From positions 248,001 to 312,000 of the forward strand of contig NW_005202237.1 of the NCBI RefSeq assembly GCF_000372725.1: a stretch of 64,000 bases of DNA, read 5' to 3'. The position numbers were made by a program, and so were the translations under genes. Below the pieces are notes generated by a model. That model did not search any database. It saw only the letters and a program-made list of their open reading frames with translations, and was not told the origin of the DNA. Source of the stretch: Emiliania huxleyi CCMP1516. Lineage: Eukaryota. Shown piece after piece: positions 24,325 to 33,573 of this stretch (positions are counted from its first letter, which is position 1; every line of letters starts with the position of its first letter).

Positions 24325-25670
24325 ATTCGGCTGAGGGCTACAGTTACCCGACCTCCGTGTGGATTTTGTCAAACGAGATTGAATCTTGGAATCTGCTGAT
24401 TTTCTCCTTGACGTTCCCTTCTCGCTTCTGGCTCGCCGCGCTCGCTGTACCTAGCGGCCGTGACTCACCTGCTTCGGGCGCGCTGCTCCTCGGGGATGGC
24501 GAGAAGCGGCAGAGGTGATGCTCATAGCTGAGCTAGCCCCAGATGCCCCGTTTGCCCCACTGCGGCGCCGCGCTCGTGCCGGCGTGCAAGTGGGTACAAT
24601 GCACCCCGTTGTAGGGATGTGGCGCGAGAGTGAACATCTCGCGCCTGGTCGCCTCGCTATAAAGAGCTAGCACTGTCTGCGCAGCCTGTAGGGCAGCATC
24701 GGCGTTCTTTTTGATCCGATGGTGCTTCCACTGATTGCACCGCGCCTCGCTGTGCCTTCTCGGAGCCGGGTGGAAGCGGCGGCCTTCCGATGGGACGCGT
24801 CCAAAGTGACCCATCCTGCAGCACATGACGACCGCCCATCGCGTGTGCAAGCGTGATCACGCGCTGCTGCACTAGCTGCTGCTGCTGCACTGGCTGCTGC
24901 TGCACCTGCGCCTGGGCGTGTGTGAAACCCTGCCACCGCGGGTGCGGCCGCGGCCGCAGTGGTGTAGGCGGACAATGATGATGCCGCGCGGGCGGAGGCG
25001 GACGCGAGGACGCTGCCGTCGGACAAGGGGTTGCTGTCATACGCAAGCACGAGCCGTCGGTGACGCGACGGCGTCATCACCGTTGGCCAGCTGCTAAGCG
25101 CGAAAACCTGCCCGTGTGTCGGATGCGTCCCCAACTTGTAGCGCTACATCTTTGGACACACACCGGCGGGCGCTTTCGAGGGCATTTTTAGCCCCCCGCT
25201 ACCCGGTTGCACTCGTGCGACGTAGCGGGGGGCCACAACTACGTTTACGAAAACATAAGTAGTCCCGCGAGGTGTGAATTTGGCCGCCCCAGAAGCCCCC
25301 TTTCCATGGGCTTGATTTTGCGGCGCGTCCCCAAGAGCGTCCCAAACTTGTTTGGGCGCGAACCGTATCTCGCAACGAATCTCGCCGGCCTCACCGGCCC
25401 ACACCGGCCCTCACTTTGACCGACGCTACCGTCCCCGCTCGACTGGCCGATGAAGAGCGACCCGTACGACGCGCACTTGTCGTCCTCCCTCCTCGCCACA
25501 TGATGGCCGCCCCCCGACACCGACAGTCGCGCTCCGCACGCCTTCGAGGTCAGCTGCGGCCGAGCGACGATCGGCTCGCCTCCGATCGCTGGGCGCGGTC
25601 ACTCTCCGGCCCATCACCCGCCTGCCGATCACCTGTCCGCCTCGCCGCGCGCGGGCCGCTCGCCTGCTCG

Positions 25671-26018
25671 CCACCGCCGCCGCGCGTCCCCGCGCCGCCA
25701 CGCTTCCCTGTGCACCTGACCGCGCTCGAGCTGCGCAGGCAGACGGCGCGCTCTGGCAGACAGAGCAGCGGCCGCCCAGGCGGTCGCTGCTCCGCCCCGT
25801 CCGAATCCGTCCGCCCGCGCGTGCTGCTGCTGCCGCCGCCGCCGCCACCGCCGCCGCGTTTCCCCGCGCCGCCACGCTTCCCCGCGCCTGACCGCGTTTG
25901 AGCTGCCCGCAGGCAGACGGCGCCGCCTGGCAGACAGAGCAGCGGCCGCCCAGGCGGTCGCTGCTCCGCCCCGTCCGAATCCGTCCGCCCGCGCGTGCTG
26001 CTGCCGCCGCCGCCGCCG
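25671..26018. repeat. Tandem duplication, unit ~174 bp, 2 copies
   Basis: GGCAGACAGAGCAGCGGCCGCCCAGGCGGTCGCTGCTCCGCCCCGTCCGAATCCGTCC occurs twice, about 174 bp apart. Confidence 0.85.
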
Positions 26019-26648
26019 CTCCACCCGGTGCCCGTGTGTCGTGAGAGTTGCTTTGTGTATGTGTAATATGTGTGTGTGTGGACTTATATGTCACACTTGA
26101 GCCTCTATCTACGGTGTATGATACTCGAGTAGTAGACCGGACTCGGGTTTGGATGGTAGCGGGGGGCCCCGCCGGAGGCTGGTTACTGATTCTAAGGCAA
26201 GCAATGCAAAGACAGGTGGGCTGGTTTAGATCTAGAACCTCTTGGCCAGGCAGAGGTTTCCCTTTCATGTTGAGCAAGCTGGCGAACGAGGGGTGGTGGC
26301 CGCAACGGACGCTTGGGATGACGGATGTGGTCCGTTTTATTTATTAGAATTAGTGCTTGAGCAGCCGGGCGGTCGCCGCAGCCACCTCGAACGGTAGCTC
26401 GTCGAGCCACTCGCCGAAGGCGCCCTCGTCTTGCGCCGCGGCGTGGAACTACTTTTTCTTTTTGCCTCTGTGTAGTGTGTAGCAAGGGGCTCTGCAAATG
26501 CGAATATGCTACCAGGTCACAGTATGGGTTCGGGGACTGTTCACAGCCAGTGCGGGGGTAGGGGACCCGGCCATGGGTTTCTTTTTCGGTAGAGGGCGAA
26601 AAAAAAACTCGTCGCGATGGCCATCCCGAGAGTCAGCATAATAGAGCT

Positions 26649-28926
26649 ATGCCTCTGCCCGACCTAATCGAGGTTGTGCCGCTCAGCCCCGAGGCGCTGG
26701 CGCGACTCAAGGCGGCGCCCGCCCAGATTGCCATCCCAGGGTCCAAGTCCATCACCAACCGCGCAATCGTGCTCGCTGCGCTCGGCGACGGCGCTGTGAC
26801 GCTCCAGGGCGCGCTGTGGTCCGAGGACACTGAGGCGATGACTGAGTGCATGCGGACGCTCGGCATCAACGTCGAGGTGGCGGCCGACCCACTAAATGCG
26901 GCCAACCGGCGGATCACTGTCCACGGCTGCGGCGGCGTGGTGCCTCCGGGCGGCACCGAGGAGGCGCCGACCGAGCTCTTTGTGGCGAACGCCGGCACTG
27001 CGGCCCGCTTCCTGACGGCGATGGTGTGCCTGGGGAGCGGCGTGTACCGCCTCTCCGGCGTCCCGCGCATGCACGAGCGGCCGCAGGCGCGCTAGCCACT
27101 CAGTGGACATCTTCTCAGAGCCCTCCTCGAACCTTCTCGGAAGCTTCCCCACAGGCGGAGCTCGTCCGAGCGCTGCGAGCGCTCGGGTACCGCGTCGACA
27201 CGCCCAATGAGCGGCTGCCGGCGCTCGTGCACGGCGGAGGGCCGCGGCCGGGTCCGGTGCTGGTGAGCGTGTCCGACTCGTCGCAGTTTGCGTCCGCCCT
27301 GCTGCTCTCGAGCGCGCGCGGCGGGTGGGTCGTCTCGGCGCGGGTGCGGCACGCCGTGAGCTGCGTCTCTTCACGCCATTGGCCGTGAACAGGTGGGTCG
27401 TCTCGACTCCGGAGGGGTCCAACCCGGACGAGCTCCCGCGCGCGATCCTCTGAGAGCGGCCCCTCTGCCTCACGGCGGAGGCGCACACGGGCGGCCGTTG
27501 GAGACCGTGTAGGCGCGGCGAGAGAGGACGCGCCAGCGGTGGAGAGCGAGCCTCCTCGGAGCCCGTTCGGAGCCATCCCGGTAGGTACGTCGAGATGACG
27601 CGCCGGCTGGTGGAGACGTTCCCGCACGGCGGCGGCGACTTCCAGGTCGAGCCGGACGCGTCCAGCGCCAGCTACTTTCACGCTGCAAACGCGCTCTTCC
27701 CAGACCACCTGCCGGCGCGGCGGCCTGCCCCTCCCCTCGGAGCCCACCCCGTCTAGGCGCAAGCCCTCGAGGGCGACACTTGCGGTAGGTGCGCGTGCTC
27801 GCCTGCCAGCCCCCAAAGAGGGAGGGAGGAACCGGCTGGCAGATCGACGCAGAGTTCCCACGTTTGGCGCCGACGGCGGCGGCCGAAGGCGACAACGGTG
27901 GCGGCGACGGCGACGGCGGCGCGGCGGCCGATCCGGCCAAGCGAGCGAAGCTGGCGCCGCGTGTCATTTCGCGGCACGCGCCGACGGATTTGGGCGACTC
28001 GGTCACGATTGCCATGCTGGCATGTCCGCGACACGTCCGCGACACGTCCGCGACACGTCCGCGGCACCGGCCACAGGTGATGACGGCGATCGCCATCGCG
28101 CCGCTCGCCTCGCAGCCGCACGCCTTCGCTTCGCTCGGCGTGCTGCGCAAGCAAGAGTGCGAGCGCGTGGCGGCACTGAGGGACGAGCTGCGCAAGTGCA
28201 AGGTGATCGCCGCCCGCGAGGGGGGCGTGGGAAGGAGGAGGGGGGGGAGGGGGGAGGAGGAGGCCCGCACCTCGAGCAAGCGCCCTCCCGCCCCGCCCCT
28301 CCCACCTCTCTGCGGCCGCCCTCGCACACCCCTCAGGCGAGCGTCGAGGAGGAGGTTGCGACGGACACTCTCTCCATCGCCCCGACCGCCGCCGCCTCCC
28401 TCGGCGACGCGACAGTGGCGACGTGCGTCGACCCGGCGGCAGATGCTGCTCGCGCGACGATGATTGCGGTCGAGCGTGACGCGGTCTTGGCATAGGTACC
28501 ACGACCACCGGATGGCGATGTGCTTCGCCACTCTCGCGCTCAAGGCGCCGCCTTCATGGACGCTTCCTAGACACTTCCTAGACACTTTCAAGACGCTTCA
28601 TAGACGCTTCATAGACGCTTCATAGACGCTTCATAGACGCTTCATAGACGCTTCCGGACGCTCGCGAGGCGACACCGCCGCCGCCGCCGCCGCACCCGCG
28701 CCGCACTGCGCGAGCCGCGCCCCCCTGACGCGCGGTCGGGCTGCGGCAGGTGCGAGGCATCAAGATTGAGGGGCCGCGCTGCGTGAGGAAGACGGTGCCC
28801 TCCTTCTTCCAGATCCTTGCCGCGTCGCCGCCGAGCGGGCTGGGCGTGGAGGTCTGGGAGTGCAACGCCGCCACGGGCGAGCGGCTGCGGCGGCTTGAGG
28901 CTCCCGAGGACCTCTTCGCCGCGTGA
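26649..28926 (+). CDS. aroA: 5-enolpyruvylshikimate-3-phosphate synthase (monofunctional), multi-exon
   Basis: IPGSKSITNRA, ANAGTAARFL, GVPRMHERP, SSQFASALLL, EPDASSASYF, LRKQECER, YHDHRMAMCF, CVRKTVPSFF. Confidence 0.93.
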
Positions 28927-29551
28927 GCCAGACGTTTTAGGATACGCGATCGCGCACGCACACGTACTCCTCATCTTTGAAGCATGTGTCATGTCCATGG
29001 CCGATGATGCGATGAAGGCTGAGATCCGCGTCATCTGTGCTGGGGAGTCTCGCGCTCGTTGCGACGTTGGCCACAGTTCTACGGTCTTAAACGAGTCGCA
29101 CTTTCTTGTAGTAATTGCTGCGTCCACATTTTGCACATACCACATTGTCAGCATTCTTGTCTCTTTTTGCGACACGCGCGTTTTCATTTTTTATACCGTC
29201 ATGCGTCAATGTGTGCGCGCGGCGCCGCCGCGAACCCCCCACGGGAACCGCCGTGGCGGCGTGGGCGGGGCGCCAGAACCGCGGGCAGAAGCGCACCGTC
29301 AGCCGCTCCCACTGCTGCACCCTGCTCGGTCTCGGCCTCTCTGTCTCGCGCCTCTACGGCCTAGGGCTGGCCTAGGGTCTCGCGTGCGCCCCGGCCGGCG
29401 CGCGGCGACGGCCGACGAGTCCTCACCGACGAGCCTCGAGCTCCGAACTCTGTACGACTCATCTCTCGAGATAAGAGCATAACCATAAGACCCTCGTCAC
29501 TATGATCTCGTTCCCGTCCTACCAGAGAAATAACGCCAGTATGACAGTAAG

Positions 29552-29616
29552 CACCCCGCACTCTCCTACCCACCCACCCCGCACTCTCCTACCCACCCAC
29601 CCCGCACTCTCCTACC
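29552..29616. repeat. 23-bp minisatellite, ~3 copies
   Basis: CACCCCGCACTCTCCTACCCACC repeated in tandem. Confidence 0.85.
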
Positions 29617-29745
29617 GTCACCCACCCCGTCTAGACCCTCTATAATGCCCGTAGAGTGCGGCGACGACACCGAATACAGATGTACGGGCTTTCGCAATGC
29701 ACCGCATGCGATTCTTGTTAGAGCACCACCTCGGACTTTCGGGGC

Positions 29746-31060
29746 TCACGCGCCCTCGGCCCGTACGTAGTCGCCCTGACAGCCGGAGCCGCTGGCGCCC
29801 TTCTCTGAGAGGTGGCCGCAAGCCACCGGGCACGTGAAGAGGGTGAGCGCGGCGAGGGTCGACACGGCGAAAAAGGCGATGATGGCGTAGCCGACGTACT
29901 CGAACTTGTCGTTGATGTCCTTCACCGCCAACCAGAACGGTCCCTCGAGGTGCCTCGCCTTTTGGACGCAGCCGAGCACCTATTACGGCAAGTCTCGCGC
30001 TCTGCGGATCTCTGCGGATCTCGCCGTCGCGGGTCCGCGCGACAACCTCCAGGGCACCGACAACGAGCGCGATGAGAGAAGAGGTGGCGGTGAGGTACAG
30101 GTTGAAGAGCCGGCGGCGGCCAGCGCTGATGCCGGACCCAGACCCGCCCTTGGCGGCAAAGCCGTACGCCCAAGACATGAGGAGCCCGTCGAGCGTGTCC
30201 ACTAGCGACATGCCCGTGGCGAAGAGGAGCGGGAGGAGGAGCGTGGCGGCGGGCGGGATGCCCTGGGACGGGCTCATGCCTGCGAGCGCAAGGAGTGCGA
30301 TCTCGCTGCTGGTCTCAAAGCCGAGGCCAAAGAGGAAGCCAAGCAGCAGCATCTTCCACTCGCTGTCGATGGTCTTTAGCAGCCCGCCACAACACCGGAC
30401 AAAGAGGCCGCCGTGCGAGTGCTCGCCCGCGCCCTCGCCGCTTCGTGTTTGGGCGCACGAGCCGCTCAGGCTGATGAGGTTGGCCGTGCCAATGGCGAAG
30501 AGTACGACGGCGCTCACGATCTGGCTGACTAGTTCCCCCACGCCCTTTGCAGCCTTGAAGTGCTCCTGTGGTGAGAGCGATGGTGGCTTAGGTGGCGGGC
30601 TGAGCGGCAACGAGCAAGAGCAGTGGTGGCTCAGGTGGCGGGTTGGCCGGCGACGGTAGTGAGGCCGGCGGTGGCGAGGGCGGTGGCGACGGGGGCGACG
30701 AGCCTGAAAGTACTGCGAGCCGAATGCGGTGAGCAGGCAGATGAGCCCGACGACTGAGGAGTGGCCGAGCGAGAACCAGAGCCCGGTCAGGAGCGGCTGG
30801 CGGCCGTCGGCGATCAGCCGCCTGGTGACGTTGTCGATGGCTGCAATGTGATCCGCGTCCACGGCATGCCGCAGGCCAAAGGAGAGGGCTAGCACTCCGG
30901 CCGGCACGAGGGGAGGGTACGACTGGCCGACGACGAGCAGGAGAGTGATGGCGATGGCGTTGGCCGCGGCGAGGAGCAAGGTGATGTGCAGCGCGCGCGC
31001 CTTGATCTGAGGCGCGGTCAGGAGGCCATCCTCGAGTAGGCCGCGTGCGTCGACTGCCAT
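29746..31060 (-). CDS. NiCoT-family high-affinity Ni2+/Co2+ transporter (HoxN/NixA/Nic1-like), 3 exons
   Basis: Signatures GLRHAVDADHIAAID, FSLGHSSVV, LGFLFGLGFETSSE and GMSLVDTLDGLLM. Confidence 0.93.
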
Positions 31061-31307
31061 ACCGTTGTGTCGACGTGGACGTGCGCAGTGTTCCCGGTGT
31101 GTGCTCATACCAGCCACTGATAGTCGTTACGGAGCTGACTTGCACGCTTGGAGCACGCTTCTGCAGGACGGGACTTCCGAAAGGCCGCGGCTACAAGGTT
31201 TAGGGTGAGGGCGGGGGGGGGGGGGGGGGCGTCGAGTGTGTTGTTGTCTATCTACGTGCACGGCGATGTTTACGAGCGTCACTTTGTACCCACCCCCTCT
31301 ACTTCGT

Positions 31308-32105
31308 GGGGACCCCCCCGCCGGTCGGTGGTCTGCCCCCGAGGTGGACCGGACCCCCCCTCCGGTCGGTCGCTCTCTCGGCGGCGGGAGGTGTGACGAC
31401 CGACCCCTCGGTCCGTGTCCTTGTGCCGTGAGCCCCCTCAACGCTCTCTCCCCCTCCTCGTCTTAGCGAACCCAACCGCCACACCACAGGCTTCGAAATC
31501 GCCGGTTTTCGCTATGCAAACTAGTTACGCAACGAAGGAGGCTCGAGCCAGCCCGACTCACATACGTGTATGTGGAGCATCCACGCGGCGTAGTTAGGCC
31601 TGATTGTGCTTGCCGTCGCTCTGACCTCTGTACAATCTCTGTGGCAGCGCTCCACACTCCAGTTCTACACAGTACGCGCGCATCGTCCCTTCCGATGAAA
31701 ATATACTTGCCAGCGCAGATTTGTGATCGAGACACATCGCCTCCGCCCTCACCGCACACCGGGCTCACATCGGCTCGACGTGGGCGGGGACATTGACGAG
31801 CTTGTGTTCCGACCCAACGTTAACTTCTCTAGACACTAGAGCGCAGCCGCTCCGGACGAGGAGTGATTACACGGGGGGAGAGGGCGCTTTTGTGCCTCTA
31901 GTATTTCGAGAGACTAATTTATTCACAGCTGCGGCGAGCGTGTGCGGTGTGACCCACGAACCAACCTGACCGACCCTCCCCCCCCCCCCCCCCATGGCCA
32001 TGGCCCATGCATCGGTCTGCGCTCCGAGTCCGACCGACCGGACCCCCCCTCCGGTCTGCGGTCTTCCGCGGCCGTCGACCGGACCCCCCCCTGCGGTCGG
32101 TCGGT
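31308..32105. repeat. Two clusters of hairpin motif GACCGGA-C7-TCCGGTC, probably subterminal repeats of a non-autonomous element
   Basis: Perfect copies at 31347-31367 and 32036-32056; degenerate copies at ~31308 and ~32077. Confidence 0.6.
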
Positions 32106-32450
32106 CTGCGCCTGGTCTGCGCTGGGCGCTCAAACCCTAGCTCAAACCACGAAGTCGGCCTGTTCACTACCTGTTCACTACAAGATGACGCTAACATTAA
32201 GGATTCTTTTCGCCTGGCTGTGTCGTGCCTGTCGGCTGTGTGAGAGAGAAAGGGAGTGTGTGTTGGGTTGGTTGGGAGACTCTCTTCTCTTGGTTGGTGG
32301 GTGGGTGGGGGAGGCTCTGAAAGAAAAAAGAAAAAAGTGTTACTAAAAATCTCTTTTGAAAGAAAGAAAGGAGGAGACATCCCCGAAGAGGAAAGCGAGG
32401 CCAGTCAGTAAGTTTGTTTATCTTCGTGCGCGCCAGTCCCATGCCCAGTT

Positions 32451-32516
32451 AAATAAATAAAACCGACACGCCAAACGAGGGGTGGGAGAAGGACAGGGTC
32501 CCCACCTGCACGAGTA
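32451..32516 (-). mobile_element. Family-B 3' end with (TTTA)n tail, interrupted by a family-A LINE
   Basis: GACACGCCAAACGAGGG..GGACAGGGTCCCCACCTGCACGAG matches 12818-12867 and resumes after 33586. Confidence 0.75.
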
Positions 32517-33573
32517 AAAGAAAGAAAGAAAGAAAACAGACAACCCAAGGGAGGGATGGGAGGACGGCACGCCGCCACCACACAGGGATTTTAAGGAGAG
32601 GTGTGTGGTGCGCTAGCCGTCGCCCACCCTAGGGAGTCTGCCTCTTCCTATCTCTATTCGCAGTCTCTCTCCGATTCTCGCTGCAACCTTCATGCCACCT
32701 CGCGGTCGTCCCACTCTCGTCGTTCTCTCCCTTGTCATTTCCTCCTCTGTCGCGTCGTTCCCTTCTGCCTCGTCCTGTGACGCCGCCGCCTGCCGGTCCC
32801 TTGTTCTCGCGGCTTCTTTCGCCTTTCGGCGCAACTCCGTCCTCCTCGCGGCGTATCCTGGCCCCTCGAGTCTATCGAGCTCCCCTCGCGCAAGGACCAC
32901 GTTTCTGACTCCCACTCCGATCATTTGCCTACAGGTCATATTGTTGCTCAGGTCCACTCTCTCTTCGAACACTCGTGCCTCTACGGATGATGCCGGCGCT
33001 GGGGTCCCCTTCGGATGCATCGTGACATCTGACAACTGGATTTCCACTGGTTCGTCCTCCTCGGAGTCATCTTCCCCGTCCTCCTTCCGCTCGGCTCTTC
33101 GCTCGGTACGTTCGGTGTGGCTCACCCTCCATGCCGTGAACAGGCGCTTTATCCACCCTATATTCTTCTCTCGTTCCTCTGCCCGTGCCTTGGTCTTGTC
33201 GTTGTTTCGCACCCATGTCTGTATGGCAATCGAGGCTGCCTTCCCCACTACCTGTAGTTCACTCGTCACCTCTCCCGCGAGCGGCCCTTCTCTTTCTTTC
33301 GGGTATGCATGGAGTCCGTGAGTGCGGGTAGCGTGCAGGCAATCACGGGCGCTATTTTGTCGTACTCCTCTTCGGCGAGCGCTCCAAATCTAGACCCTTT
33401 CGCCTTTAAGGAGGCTGCCCTCGCTCGTCTCAGGAATGTGGCGGTGTCTTTTGAGTCCGGCGCCTCCCGTTCAACTCTTGCTGTCGCCCTCGCTGTGTGT
33501 TTGTCGAGCTTCCGCATGAAGTGACGCGCCTCTTCCTTATTTCCAGCGCAGCTGCCGCTCAGTATGTGCGCCA
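32517..33573 (-). mobile_element. ~1.06-kb 5'-truncated non-LTR retrotransposon (family A) carrying the degenerate C-terminus of its ORF
   Basis: (TTTC)n tail. 13-bp TSD ACCTGCACGAGTA at 32504-32516 and 33574-33586. ORFs 33266..33574 (HILSGSC, resembling a CCHC remnant) and 32613..33269 (ends RLPRVGDG*). Confidence 0.85.

Noticed and set aside
24530..25140. Possible degenerate minus-strand gene
   Set aside because: Fragmented frames and no recognisable motif.
26649..31060. aroA and NiCoT as a bacterial operon or contaminant
   Set aside because: Convergent orientation and spliceosomal introns in both genes.
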